From a virus: DNA of 64,000 nucleotides. Position 1 is the stretch's first letter; each line of letters opens with the position of its first letter. The stretch lies in IMG/VR virus record IMGVR_UViG_3300032038_000062, positions 1-64,000 of that record. One strand, given 5' to 3'. The notes beneath the pieces were generated by a model. The model had not been told where the DNA came from. It worked only from the letters and a program-made list of their open reading frames with translations, and did no database searches. Positions 48,986-60,363 of this stretch are shown piece by piece. Both the position numbers and the translations under genes were made by a program.

Positions 48986-49405
48986 TTATACCCATTGATA
49001 TTGCGGCAACTGCTCATTAAACAATTTATATCTAAGCCAATCATCTAAAAAAATTGCTAATAAAGATATAAAAAACCATAGCACCGTAAATGGTAGACAT
49101 ATTTGTCCTAAAATATTAAATGGCATATTAGAATAATCCCAAACGTGTAAGTTTAATAGTAAATTTAAAATAATGCCTGAAATAAACTCAATTATTGTAA
49201 TAATAACTGCGCTTGCCGCCATTTGGTATAATAAAGGTATTTTTTTAAACTGTGGAATTTCATTAATCAATCCCACTAAAACAAAACATAGTCCTCCGAC
49301 AATCCCCATAGTCCAGTGTGTCCTACTTCTAAATAAAATTTCTAAAAGGCAATATAAGCTGCCTCCTACTATAAAAAGGAATAGATACTTACTCACTTTT
49401 TTCAT
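48986..49405 (-). CDS. Membrane protein (4 TM), function unknown
   Basis: 139 aa, hydrophobic. Confidence 0.5.
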   Translation of the reverse strand: MKKVSKYLFLFIVGGSLYCLLEILFRSRTHWTMGIVGGLCFVLVGLINEIPQFKKIPLLYQMAASAVIITIIEFISGIILNLLLNLHVWDYSNMPFNILGQICLPFTVLWFFISLLAIFLDDWLRYKLFNEQLPQYQWV

Positions 49406-50156
49406 TGCTATTATCCTCTATTTGTGAATATAAGTCTTTTAATGGCTGTGATTGATATTCTTCTGGAATTTCAATTCCATATTCAATCGCTGCAATTTCT
49501 TCAATCGTTTCCAGTGAATTAACATATTCTCTTAAAGAATTAAAATATGTTACATGAAACATTTTATGGAATATACTAGCTGTAACAACTTTCATCATAT
49601 CAGCCGCAGTATAATAAGTACATAGTTCGCCATCGGCGTGGTAGGACACATATTCTGCTCCAAGATTAATCTGCGCCTGACGCTCCATTAAATTAATTTG
49701 GTCTTCCTTTGCGAGAGAATAATGGCGAGTTATTCCATCTGTTAAAGTTACATCTACTCCAGCTTCAATTACTTGATTACAAGTTTTGTCTAATTCTTTA
49801 ATTTTGTATTCTTTTATAAAATCAATCTCTTCATCTGATGGTGGTTCATCGTCAATAGGCTCATCACTCTCTTCTTCTGAACGTTCGTCAAGAGCTTTCC
49901 GTAATGCATCATATTCAATTTTATCTATTTCTTCATAAGTCACAGTAACGAAACCCAAGTAGCTAGGGAATAGTGGTCGTCCCTCTAATTGCCAAATAGT
50001 AGTATTATTATAAGATAAAATACCCATAATATAAGGCGAATTATAGTCACAATAATTAACCATATTAGATTTACTATTCCAAGTAACAAACAAAATATTT
50101 TCTAAAGCATCTACTACTTGTCCTTCTGTATTTAATACTTTTATATATCTAGTCAT
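49389..50156 (-). CDS. Hypothetical acidic protein
   Basis: 255-aa ORF. Confidence 0.5.
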   Translation of the reverse strand: MTRYIKVLNTEGQVVDALENILFVTWNSKSNMVNYCDYNSPYIMGILSYNNTTIWQLEGRPLFPSYLGFVTVTYEEIDKIEYDALRKALDERSEEESDEPIDDEPPSDEEIDFIKEYKIKELDKTCNQVIEAGVDVTLTDGITRHYSLAKEDQINLMERQAQINLGAEYVSYHADGELCTYYTAADMMKVVTASIFHKMFHVTYFNSLREYVNSLETIEEIAAIEYGIEIPEEYQSQPLKDLYSQIEDNSNEKSE

Positions 50157-50194
50157 AGTTCCTCCTTCTTTTATCTTTATTTTATATAATAATT

Positions 50195-50503
50195 TTAAGA
50201 AACGCGATTCACTAAACTTAATTCAGCAGTAAATTCTCGACACAATCTATATGATTTCTTTAAATGTGCTTTTCTTTCTTTTGGACCACCACCAAATTCA
50301 TGGATAATTCCAGCAGAGAAAACTTCACGATAAGCCTTCTCTGCTAAACTATACAAAGTATAAACTCCTAAATCTATTTGTGTTCCATCATCGTCTACTA
50401 AATTTTGTCTTTTTATCCATTGTCCAACATCTACTGCTAATTTTCCTAAAATATCAACATATTCTATCTCTGATGTATCTCTATAAGATGCTAAAACACT
50501 CAT
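50195..50503 (-). CDS. Hypothetical protein
   Basis: 102-aa ORF. Confidence 0.45.
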   Translation of the reverse strand: MSVLASYRDTSEIEYVDILGKLAVDVGQWIKRQNLVDDDGTQIDLGVYTLYSLAEKAYREVFSAGIIHEFGGGPKERKAHLKKSYRLCREFTAELSLVNRVS

Positions 50504-50537
50504 AAAATACTCTCCTATTTAATTGCTAGCGTAGTAA

Positions 50538-53500
50538 TTATGTATTAGAGGTTTTACGACCGATACACAGGCCGAAAGCCACACCATTGCTATTGTAAGC
50601 ATTGGAACTGTGGCTGTTACCGTCGTCAATCACAAGACGGAAGTACGACGTGTTAATATCTGGTGTTCTTAACCACCACCAGTTACCATTTCCAGTTTCA
50701 ACTACGCCTCTTGCGTACTTAATTTTCTTATTTATGAAATAAGTACAAGCTTTTACTGGAGCAATATTGCTCCAAAGTTCTTTATTCCAAACAACACGAT
50801 TTTGTGAGCCAAATACATCAACAATAGAAAGTAAGAATAAATTATCTTTAGAACAAACCATATCATCGGTAGATAATGTTCCATTACCAGAACTTGCCCA
50901 CACATTAACAGTAGAAATCATAACACGAAGTTTAAATGGTAAATATCCCCATACAGTTGTATTTAACCAACTTCTCATTTCTGATTTATCCCAACCACCA
51001 ACATTATTAGAAGGATTCATTCTATGATTGGTTAAAGTATTATGAGCCACAAATAAGAAATTCGCAGCCTTTCCTGGCTCATCAGCTAATTCATATCTTA
51101 AAATTTCTGCAATATCAAAATCTAATTGTTTAATATTGTCATAAGCTGCTGTACCATCAGATTTACAAATATCTACAGCAATTCTACTTTTACCTATTTG
51201 GTAATATTGTTGTATCGTTGCATCTTCTGGGTCACTCATCATAATAGCATAAAATTCTTCTGGAGTATATAAAATTTTATCGTTTGTCACAGAAGTAGTA
51301 TTATTATTTGTACCTGGAATATAGCATAAATAATTATTAATTCCTGCATCAGCAGCTGTCCAGTCAACTTCTTTAAGTTGTGGTAAAGTACAAGAAGTAA
51401 ATACAGCAACAGCTTTTACATTTTCGTGTACATTTTCAATCGTATTTTCATTAGCAGTAGCAGAAGTATTACCACCACCATCTTTTGACAACTCCCAATG
51501 GTCAAATAAATAGTGAATTGCAGAAGTTCCGCTACCAGTACTTTCTTTAACTGGGAAAGCACTTAAATCAGTTCTATTATTACCATAAGTAGCAGTATAA
51601 TCATTACCTGTATACTTACTTACCTCTTGTTCATCTACCAAACTATTATTAACATAGAACTTTACTTTATATTGGTTGTAAACTTCTCCTGCAACTATAT
51701 TAAGATTTGGATACGCTCTATTTAATTCTCCCTTAAAGGTATCACCTATTTTATTAATAGTTATAGTACCAGTAATCTCTGGGTAATTATTGTGGTTAGA
51801 ATCAATAGTATCATCGCTCTTTAATCGCTTAGTCTTTAAACTAGAATCTAATAAAGTGCTAAGTAAATCATTTTCATCATCACCTAAAGCAACATTTATA
51901 TTAATAAGTCTAACACCCGTTAAACGACTTAAATTATTCTTTAATATCTCAAGAACTGGAATACCACTAGTATTTTCAATTCTTAATCTCTTTACATTTG
52001 AATAATCATCGTCTTCTATTGAATAATCATTAATAGTACCTTGGTCAATTAATTTTAAGAAAGTAATTGCTTTGGGAAGATGTAATGTTTCCAATCTCGC
52101 GCCAGCGGGTAAAGTAACTCCACTGAACGAACTGCCAGCTGCGTAAATGTGCTTAATAGCAGCGTTTTGAGACAAGTCTAGAATCTCAGCATTACCACTT
52201 AATAAACCACCAACATTTAAAGTTTCAAGAAGTTTAAGACTTTGAATTTGTGAAATTAAAGCAGATAAACTTAAATTACTATTTTCTTGTTCTGCTTCGT
52301 TACCATAAATAAAAGTGCTTAAATTAGGCGCCTTTTCTAAATTTAAGGTTTGTGGATTACACCCACTCATATTTAAGGTTTTTAAACAACTTGCTCCGAA
52401 AATATAAATATCATCATTACCAGATGCATTTGTATAAAAATACATAGTAGATGGATTATTTTCTCTAAATAATACTGGAACAGAAGAGTTATTCGGATAT
52501 ACCAAAGAACCACTATCACTATTACCATATATAATAGCTGGATAAAAGTCCTGTAAACCAGTTATTGAAATAGTATGTTCACCTGCAGTTGGTCTAAAGA
52601 ATATTCTATCGGTTTTAAAAGCTGTTGCGGCATATTTAGAATCATAAAGATTCGCTCTTCTACGCATCCAATTTTCTTTTTGGAATCTACGGTCAGTTTG
52701 CAATCTTTTATAATCGCCAGTTGTTTTTCCTTCGGTAATTTTAGTTGTTCCATCTGGATTTGTAACAATCTCTGTATATGGCTTTGTCCAAGCGTCATCG
52801 TATTTATAACCCATATCACGGTTAACAAGGGCTTCTACTAATGTATTAAGACCTTCTGTTAAATGCACACGCTTGAAATTCTCAAATGTAAGTCCTTTAC
52901 TAGCTAAAATTTGATAAGCCTCTTTTATTTCAGCCTGGAAGCTATCTTCAAACATAAGCCATAAAGGTGAATCCCAACCGTTATATCCATGTTGACCATC
53001 ATCAGGAATAATATAATCCCAATCTGCATTATAAGGTATTTTTAATTTACCAACATTCTCAGCACCAAAAGCGCTATCTAAATCGTATAAATCAATATAC
53101 CAAATACCAAAAGTAGAATTTGTCCAATCTATATTATTAATATTAACAGTACCATCATTATTTAATATTGCTGGAGTGTGTTCCGTTATAGAAGTTATTG
53201 TATTTCCAAGGTAATCTTTAACATTTACGCCCGCAGCTAATAATTCATTACCTTTATATCTATCTTTTAAGTTTTCACAGCGTAAAAACATATTTTTGGC
53301 TCTATTATCTACCAGTCCAGTAAACTGTAAAAAGCAATAATAAACAAGCGCATGATTCATATTAAAATGCTTTGTAAATTCTGCTTTAAAAATGGCTTTT
53401 CTATAATCTTTTTCTGTCGTATAAGTTACGCCATTATAGGTGTACGTACCAGCTTCTGTACTAGCTGTCCAATAATTAGCTCTTTGACATACCCAACTAA

Positions 53501-56500
53501 ATAAATATTGAATATAATCATATTTTGGTGATAAATTTTCCTTTTTTAAATCATCCTGGTCTGGATAACTACATTCTAGCGCGCCTTTAACTAAATAATC
53601 TCCATTACCATCATCAACTAATAAATGGTCAGATTTAAATTTACAAATATCTGTTGTGTTATTTAAAAATTCCCATCTCTGAGTCGCGGTATCATTACCT
53701 TCATCATTGCTATCTTCAAGTCCAAAACTCTTGCTATTACCTTTATCATTATTTAACATACCTACACCGGCGAAAGTAATTGTAGAGGTTTCTCCATTCG
53801 CACTTAATGTTTCAAAAAATAATAAACAAGGAAAACCATAAACGGTATTTTGATATCTTTCATCTATTTGTTGGCTTGGCGTTTTATCGGTAAATAAACC
53901 ATTCGCAATGTTAGCATTAAAAGTATTAGCATGGTCTATTGACATATAGTCAATTTTAAAACATAATGTGCTTTCTGGAATTGAAGCGCAATCTATTTCT
54001 TCTTTACTAGAATCATACACAAATTCTGATACTCCATCTGGATTTGTTGTGGTGTATCCCTTGAGCGGCCATTTTACTTTTTTAATTCCATTCGCAAATC
54101 TTCTTAAATATATTTTTAAATTTTTTCTAATATATTGTTGTGAACTTGTACCTTGAACTTTATTGTAGCAACAAAAACGACCAATATCTTTATTTGTATA
54201 ACCTATTTCACTTGTCCAATTTGGATTTTCATCATTTAAATCTAATACTCTAGTAAAGCCATCATTATTATCGGCTGGAAAAGTTAAAGTTATTCCAGCA
54301 TATCTAACTCCTTCATCGCTTTTTATCGGTGAAATAAAATTACTCTGATTCTCATATCCTTTTAATTTTAATACCCTATATCTTTTAATAGCTTCATTAT
54401 AAGAAACATCATTATTAGCTAAAATGTCATTTCTTTTAGCAAGATTTTCTCGTTGTTCAAGAGTATCTTTTGAAGCAATATAATTCTGCAACACTTCTGT
54501 TGCTGATAATTCTTTACCATAGATTTTAACATTATATAAATCTACAACTGCTTTATTACTACCTATAGTAATATATTGCGGTACTGCTAATGTATCACTA
54601 CTATTATATGGTACACTACTACCATAGATACCATTAATATATATATTAACAGCTTGTTTATTTTCACCGTGGGAATTTAATTTTTCAAGAACAAAACTTA
54701 ATCTTATTCTTTGCCCTTTTTGTACATATGCCGCTGAAGCACTTTCTTCAAATGTAATAAAACCATCTTTAATATCACCAGATTGCAATAAATCAGTTTT
54801 AAAGCCACAAGTTAAAGGAGTAACTTTTATACCAACAAAATCCTCACTTTCATCTGTTGTATCTGGAATTACTGAATCGGGAGCATTTGCACAACTAATA
54901 ATAACAGCACTATCATCAGAACTTGCTTCAACCTTATAATCAATTTCAATGGTACGTCCATTATCAAAAATAGATGGATTTTCCATATTATCAATAATTA
55001 TATTATTACCTTTTTCATCGGTAAAATTAGTAGTAAAAGGCTTAAATTGAATTTCTGTTCGCGCGCTTCCGCTTAATCTTAATACTCTTCTATTTTCATT
55101 TAAAGTATTTAATTGAATAAAGCCATTACCATTATCTAGCCAGTTAAAATTACTATTTCGTGTATATATTGTATAGTTATTATTAGTATATGATAATTCC
55201 TCTTTTCCTTCAGAGCTGTTGGTATATTGTGTCGGGTCTAAATCATATAATAAACCAGTTGTAATATACTTAATTTTAGCACTATATGGGCTTACAAACT
55301 GATTAACTACAGCATTAACCGTTTTAGTAATACCAGACAAGGTAAATTCAACCTTGTAAGTACCGTATTCTTTATACTCATTATAACTAAAACCAATAGT
55401 ATGAATTTGTCTTACAGATAAATCATTTTCTTCTTTTACAGCTAATTCATTATCCTCACTATCAAGTAAACGGATAACAAGCCCATCTACTATATCTCCA
55501 CCAGGCTGAACAACGCTATAAGTAATACTTAAAGTTTCTCCTTCAGTAATTGCTTCTGGCGTTTTAATACCCATTAAAGGATATTTATTTTCTTGACTTG
55601 TTGTATTTACAAAAATTACATTCTCAATTATATTAGAATATACCCCATCTTCTGTAATAAAATATGCCCTCAATGAGTGCGCACCGTAAGTATAACCCGG
55701 TAGATTAATAGTATAATTCAGTGCAATACCATCCGTAGTTCCAATATCTATTCCACCAACAGTTTGTCCGTCAACACTTCTTGTCGTTAATTCAACATCA
55801 TCCACAAATATGTGCATAATTTTTTTAATACCAGCACCATGCGGAGTATATTGTAAATCTATATAACCATTACCAGGAAAAATACTAGTAGACCAATTCT
55901 TAAAAGCATTAGTCTGTATTTCTAATGAAATTGGCACACTTCTAACTTCAAATACTAAAGTCTTTTGTGGAGTAATATCCGTTCCTTGTTGGTCTATTTG
56001 AGTCGCGCCCCTCGCAGTTACAGTAATATTCAATATTTTATTCTCTTGCAGCATCGCCGCAGTAATTGGAATCGTAATATCACCTTGCTGATAACCTTCT
56101 GTTATATTAAAAAAGGTACGATACGCACTATCACTTTCAGTAGAATATTTATATTGCGCCTTAATGTTCGGCGCGGTTGTAGTTTGTTCATAACCAGATA
56201 TTGTACTTTGTAATTCTTCATAGTGAACAACTAAATTCGTTGATCTTCCAGATGCGGTAGTAAAATTCGTAGATTTACCAGAATTATTATAGAATGTTAA
56301 AACCGTTTGTCCAATAGATGTTCCACCCTCTGGTAATTCAACCGCATTAGTTCCTGGAAGCTGAACACCATTGTTATCGACTAAAATAATGCTCTTTTTA
56401 TCATTAATTACTGTGCTAGATATGTTGACAAATTGTAAACCTTGTGGAGGGAGCGGCTTTGGATTACCCATAGCTTGATTTTTTCCATTAACCAGTTGAA

Positions 56501-57416
56501 CAGCATTATTTTCAATCTGTACATCCGCAACATATTTACTATCAAACTCATCTTTTGAGTAAGAATCCCCACCGACTATTACAAATTCTTCATCACTCGC
56601 AATATATCTATAATGAATATATCCATTTTCACTATCGCCAATATAATAATCTATATCTGGGTCACCATTTTGTGGTAACTCATCATCAATTATATAACTT
56701 CCACCAGATTGTGTTTTTGTGTAAGTACCAGTAGTTGTATTGACAGTTTGGATTATATAATTTTTATATTTTCCATTTTCTAATAAACTAATAGACATAC
56801 CAGCAGTAATATCACCAGCTATAATAGCATCTCTTAATGCAGCTTCTGAAGTAAACGCTGCACCACCACCAAAACTTATCTTTTTCCAAATATAATATGT
56901 CCCATTCGTACCAAAACATTCATACAAAGCATCATTTGCTTTAATAATATCGCCAGGATTACCAACAGTTGAAGTTGTAGGAACATTTCCACTGCTAGTT
57001 TTGGTATATCTATTATCTGATTCTATCTTTGAGTATGAATTGCCACTAATTATTTCATAATCATTATCAATCCAACGATAATGAATATAATTATTATTTT
57101 CTAATTTATAATAATCAGTTTTTTCATCGCCTTCTTGCGGCAAATCATCGTTCTCACCTAAAATCATATATTTTACTTTCGTATTATCATATGTATCTCT
57201 TCTTAAAATTTCGGTGTATTTTAATCCACCAGTGGCAGACGCATCTGTTTCTAAAATATAAAGTTTATATTTATTAGTGCTTAAATCAACTAATTTTACT
57301 AATTGCCCAGCCTTTGCTAGACCAGATAATCTATATGCGTCTAGTCTTTCTGATGTAGTAAAAATCAAATAATTCTCTGACACTGGTGATGTAATTATCA
57401 TATCACCCTTTACCAT
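50538..57416 (-). CDS. Giant protein (2292 aa): putative tail fiber / host-recognition protein with internal repeats and LRR-like segment
   Basis: Duplicated module DYYxxENxYIHYRxI...GxSYSK near the N-terminus. LRR-like run around LKTLNMSGCNPQTLNLEKAPNLS...LETLNVGGLLSGNAEILDLSQN. Asn/Thr-rich beta-type composition. C-terminal domain ending ...NGNWWWLRTPD...GLCIGRK. Confidence 0.6.
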   Translation of the reverse strand: MVKGDMIITSPVSENYLIFTTSERLDAYRLSGLAKAGQLVKLVDLSTNKYKLYILETDASATGGLKYTEILRRDTYDNTKVKYMILGENDDLPQEGDEKTDYYKLENNNYIHYRWIDNDYEIISGNSYSKIESDNRYTKTSSGNVPTTSTVGNPGDIIKANDALYECFGTNGTYYIWKKISFGGGAAFTSEAALRDAIIAGDITAGMSISLLENGKYKNYIIQTVNTTTGTYTKTQSGGSYIIDDELPQNGDPDIDYYIGDSENGYIHYRYIASDEEFVIVGGDSYSKDEFDSKYVADVQIENNAVQLVNGKNQAMGNPKPLPPQGLQFVNISSTVINDKKSIILVDNNGVQLPGTNAVELPEGGTSIGQTVLTFYNNSGKSTNFTTASGRSTNLVVHYEELQSTISGYEQTTTAPNIKAQYKYSTESDSAYRTFFNITEGYQQGDITIPITAAMLQENKILNITVTARGATQIDQQGTDITPQKTLVFEVRSVPISLEIQTNAFKNWSTSIFPGNGYIDLQYTPHGAGIKKIMHIFVDDVELTTRSVDGQTVGGIDIGTTDGIALNYTINLPGYTYGAHSLRAYFITEDGVYSNIIENVIFVNTTSQENKYPLMGIKTPEAITEGETLSITYSVVQPGGDIVDGLVIRLLDSEDNELAVKEENDLSVRQIHTIGFSYNEYKEYGTYKVEFTLSGITKTVNAVVNQFVSPYSAKIKYITTGLLYDLDPTQYTNSSEGKEELSYTNNNYTIYTRNSNFNWLDNGNGFIQLNTLNENRRVLRLSGSARTEIQFKPFTTNFTDEKGNNIIIDNMENPSIFDNGRTIEIDYKVEASSDDSAVIISCANAPDSVIPDTTDESEDFVGIKVTPLTCGFKTDLLQSGDIKDGFITFEESASAAYVQKGQRIRLSFVLEKLNSHGENKQAVNIYINGIYGSSVPYNSSDTLAVPQYITIGSNKAVVDLYNVKIYGKELSATEVLQNYIASKDTLEQRENLAKRNDILANNDVSYNEAIKRYRVLKLKGYENQSNFISPIKSDEGVRYAGITLTFPADNNDGFTRVLDLNDENPNWTSEIGYTNKDIGRFCCYNKVQGTSSQQYIRKNLKIYLRRFANGIKKVKWPLKGYTTTNPDGVSEFVYDSSKEEIDCASIPESTLCFKIDYMSIDHANTFNANIANGLFTDKTPSQQIDERYQNTVYGFPCLLFFETLSANGETSTITFAGVGMLNNDKGNSKSFGLEDSNDEGNDTATQRWEFLNNTTDICKFKSDHLLVDDGNGDYLVKGALECSYPDQDDLKKENLSPKYDYIQYLFSWVCQRANYWTASTEAGTYTYNGVTYTTEKDYRKAIFKAEFTKHFNMNHALVYYCFLQFTGLVDNRAKNMFLRCENLKDRYKGNELLAAGVNVKDYLGNTITSITEHTPAILNNDGTVNINNIDWTNSTFGIWYIDLYDLDSAFGAENVGKLKIPYNADWDYIIPDDGQHGYNGWDSPLWLMFEDSFQAEIKEAYQILASKGLTFENFKRVHLTEGLNTLVEALVNRDMGYKYDDAWTKPYTEIVTNPDGTTKITEGKTTGDYKRLQTDRRFQKENWMRRRANLYDSKYAATAFKTDRIFFRPTAGEHTISITGLQDFYPAIIYGNSDSGSLVYPNNSSVPVLFRENNPSTMYFYTNASGNDDIYIFGASCLKTLNMSGCNPQTLNLEKAPNLSTFIYGNEAEQENSNLSLSALISQIQSLKLLETLNVGGLLSGNAEILDLSQNAAIKHIYAAGSSFSGVTLPAGARLETLHLPKAITFLKLIDQGTINDYSIEDDDYSNVKRLRIENTSGIPVLEILKNNLSRLTGVRLININVALGDDENDLLSTLLDSSLKTKRLKSDDTIDSNHNNYPEITGTITINKIGDTFKGELNRAYPNLNIVAGEVYNQYKVKFYVNNSLVDEQEVSKYTGNDYTATYGNNRTDLSAFPVKESTGSGTSAIHYLFDHWELSKDGGGNTSATANENTIENVHENVKAVAVFTSCTLPQLKEVDWTAADAGINNYLCYIPGTNNNTTSVTNDKILYTPEEFYAIMMSDPEDATIQQYYQIGKSRIAVDICKSDGTAAYDNIKQLDFDIAEILRYELADEPGKAANFLFVAHNTLTNHRMNPSNNVGGWDKSEMRSWLNTTVWGYLPFKLRVMISTVNVWASSGNGTLSTDDMVCSKDNLFLLSIVDVFGSQNRVVWNKELWSNIAPVKACTYFINKKIKYARGVVETGNGNWWWLRTPDINTSYFRLVIDDGNSHSSNAYNSNGVAFGLCIGRKTSNT

Positions 57417-57442
57417 TTTAACACCTCCGTATTAAAATTTAT

Positions 57443-58987
57443 TTAATTATTATTGTATCTTACCTCTGATAATTTTAATACTATATTAATATTATTTATA
57501 TTTGAAGGGTTAGCGTGTTCATACCCCTTAACATATAAACGAATATCTGTCGGCATATTATTTTCAATATATATTCCCATACAGAATCCCTCTTCTAACT
57601 TAGTAATTAATTCAATACTTGGTTCTATATCTATTTTAGTATTCTCTGTTATAGTATATTTATTATCAAAAATACTTGCATTAATAGTATAATAATGTAA
57701 ATTATTTTGTGAAATATAAGTCCAATTTTGTACTCCAATATTATAATTCATTATAAAATCTTTACCACCACCAATATTACCCTGTTCAGATAATTCTTTA
57801 ATATAATCATCTACCGCTCCAATAGTTGGAAGCATTTTATTTCTATTGGTATTACTCAAAGTCGTATCGTTAAAAGCTGTGGCAATATTTTTTTGGGATA
57901 AGATTTTTGTTAAAGTATAAGTATAAGAACCATTTTCTAACACTCTATTTCTGCAATATATTTCGCCTTTAGTAGAAAATATATACTGAGTTAAATTACT
58001 AGTCCCCGCGATATAGCTTGGAATAATTGTATAATCACCAGCTTCAAGCCCGTTTACATTACCACTAATGGTTTCTGTATATCTATATATCGTTCCAGGC
58101 TCAACGCAATCATTCAAGATGCTCGTGCTAGTATATTTAATAGCATTAGCTTTATTAATTTTATCATCATCTAATGAATCTAATGCAGTACTTATCTTTT
58201 TTAATGCATCCATAATATTAACTGGAATTACATCACCAATTTTAGTTGAATCATCAAAACTATCAGAGCCTACTTTTGTAGATAAACTATTTATATTATT
58301 AGTATTATCATTAATACTTGCTTTTAAATTTCTTGCTAATTCTTTAATACGATATAAATTTAAATATTTCTGTTTATTTGCTTCTGATAAGGTGGAAGTT
58401 AAAATATCATTAATACTAATATCACTATTATTTTCTTTTCGTTCATATACATCAGTTGCCTCTATAAAATTTTCTAATGTATCAACTAACGTATCTAAAC
58501 TGCCTAATGCTGCTTGTATATCTCCTAATTGATTTATAGCAGCTATTAAATTTTGCATAGTAATACTTTCACTATCAGTTAAAATAATATTTAAGTCAGA
58601 AGTATCCGTTGTAATAGCATCATCAATAACATAATGAAACTCTGTACTTTTTCCAAGAAGAGAATATTTTACCTCATTATTAACGGTTGTTGTCATACCA
58701 TATGCTACTAAATGAAAAACACCCGAACTGGCGCCACTACCCATAATAGAACTTGGAATATAGTATTCTACAATATTCGTATTAAATCTACTTTTATAGG
58801 CAAAATGACTTACAATATTACTAGAACTTTCTCCATCTTTAAGAAAATTAACAACGTATACGCAGTCATTATTTCCTAACTCCGCAGGCATATGGAAGTT
58901 CAAGACAGTACTTAAATGCTCACCGGCATAGCCTAAAAATATAGAGCCGCCTTTATCAGCATAAAAGTCTAAATCTATAATCCTCAT
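57443..58987 (-). CDS. Hypothetical large protein (514 aa), probably virion or tail-associated
   Basis: Asn/Thr/Ser-rich; adjacent to the giant gene. Confidence 0.5.
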   Translation of the reverse strand: MRIIDLDFYADKGGSIFLGYAGEHLSTVLNFHMPAELGNNDCVYVVNFLKDGESSSNIVSHFAYKSRFNTNIVEYYIPSSIMGSGASSGVFHLVAYGMTTTVNNEVKYSLLGKSTEFHYVIDDAITTDTSDLNIILTDSESITMQNLIAAINQLGDIQAALGSLDTLVDTLENFIEATDVYERKENNSDISINDILTSTLSEANKQKYLNLYRIKELARNLKASINDNTNNINSLSTKVGSDSFDDSTKIGDVIPVNIMDALKKISTALDSLDDDKINKANAIKYTSTSILNDCVEPGTIYRYTETISGNVNGLEAGDYTIIPSYIAGTSNLTQYIFSTKGEIYCRNRVLENGSYTYTLTKILSQKNIATAFNDTTLSNTNRNKMLPTIGAVDDYIKELSEQGNIGGGKDFIMNYNIGVQNWTYISQNNLHYYTINASIFDNKYTITENTKIDIEPSIELITKLEEGFCMGIYIENNMPTDIRLYVKGYEHANPSNINNINIVLKLSEVRYNNN

Positions 58988-59138
58988 ACGTCACTGTTCA
59001 CCTCCATAAATTATTAAAGACCACGGTCTTTCTCAAAAGTAAGTAGAAAAAAGAAAAAACAACTCTAATAATCTAATTTATAAATAAAAAAAGAAGAACA
59101 GATAAAAATCTGTTCTTCTACATCGCATTTATATTCAA

Positions 59139-59678
59139 TTATTCGAGCACTTTAAGCGGTCCTTTTGCACTATCAACTGCTTCCTGCCAATCTTTTTCTG
59201 AACCGCCACCGATAAGAAAAATATCCCTTGCATTTTTAAAACCTTTAAATGTAAAGTAATCAATGACCTGAAAATTTGCATCTAAGCAATCAACAAGAGA
59301 ATTATACTTTTTTACAAATACACTGTGAAGTAAACGGTAAAATTTATCCTGTAATTTCTTTTTGGCAATTAATTTACCAACCTTTTCATCGTAGACATCT
59401 TCTGGTGAACATTTAGCAATACCTCGTGCTTGCCAAGCCTTTCTATCCTCGTCCATAACATTAAGATAAAGAGCCACCTCGTTTTGAGGATAACGTTTAT
59501 TATCTTTTAATGCAACACAAACTTGAATATAATTCTCCTCTAGCTTACTAAGCCAGTCAATACCCTTTTCTGTGTCTAGTTTTGCAACCACGACGCCCTT
59601 ATCTTCATTAATATGATAAATAACGGGAATCTTTTTAATACATTTGTTTAACTGTTTTAACGCCTTATCTAATTCCAT
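59139..59678 (-). CDS. Hypothetical protein
   Basis: 179-aa ORF. Confidence 0.45.
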   Translation of the reverse strand: MELDKALKQLNKCIKKIPVIYHINEDKGVVVAKLDTEKGIDWLSKLEENYIQVCVALKDNKRYPQNEVALYLNVMDEDRKAWQARGIAKCSPEDVYDEKVGKLIAKKKLQDKFYRLLHSVFVKKYNSLVDCLDANFQVIDYFTFKGFKNARDIFLIGGGSEKDWQEAVDSAKGPLKVLE

Positions 59679-59679
59679 T

Positions 59680-59973
59680 TTATTTCCTTTCTTCTAATAA
59701 AATTTTTGTTCTTCTATTCAACTCATCTATTAAAGACTGAGCAGATTTATAATTATCAAAATAAGCTACTGGGTATCCATGCCCCTTACCAACAATTTCT
59801 GCGCCATACAAATCACGACACATTCTTAAAAAATCAGCATATGATAAGGACATAATTCTTGCCGCAAGAATATTATAACTACCAGTTGTACCTTCAAGCG
59901 GCAAAAGCGGAAAATTAGGAGTAATCATATACTTATGAGAAATTGGGCTTTCTGTCATTAAAAAGTAAACCAT
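59680..59973 (-). CDS. Hypothetical protein
   Basis: 97-aa ORF. Confidence 0.45.
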   Translation of the reverse strand: MVYFLMTESPISHKYMITPNFPLLPLEGTTGSYNILAARIMSLSYADFLRMCRDLYGAEIVGKGHGYPVAYFDNYKSAQSLIDELNRRTKILLEERK

Positions 59974-59985
59974 AATTACTCCTTT

Positions 59986-60288
59986 CTATATAAGCATCTC
60001 GTCCCAAAGAGAAGCAATTTCTTCTCTCTCTTCTTCTGTGAGTGTGCATAAATCTCCCCAATTATAAATACCCTCAAATAAGCTAGAATCTAAGTTAGGA
60101 ATTTCCTCTTTATGGAAAACCGTTTTCTTTTGATTTTCTCTTGAAACATAATTAGGAATAATATACTTCTTAACAGTACTTGGCGCTGGACGTCCGCCCA
60201 TTGCTCTGCTTACACCAGCATAAGTACCAATTTGAAGATAAAGTTCATTTATTTCTATAATTTGGTCTTGGGTAATTTGACTAGCCAT
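59986..60288 (-). CDS. Hypothetical protein
   Basis: 100 aa with the conserved promoter upstream. Confidence 0.45.
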   Translation of the reverse strand: MASQITQDQIIEINELYLQIGTYAGVSRAMGGRPAPSTVKKYIIPNYVSRENQKKTVFHKEEIPNLDSSLFEGIYNWGDLCTLTEEEREEIASLWDEMLI

Positions 60289-60363
60289 TTTATAACTCCT
60301 TTCCTAACTTTCTATATATATTATAGAATAAAATTGAAAAAGAGTCAAAAATATCCGAAGATT

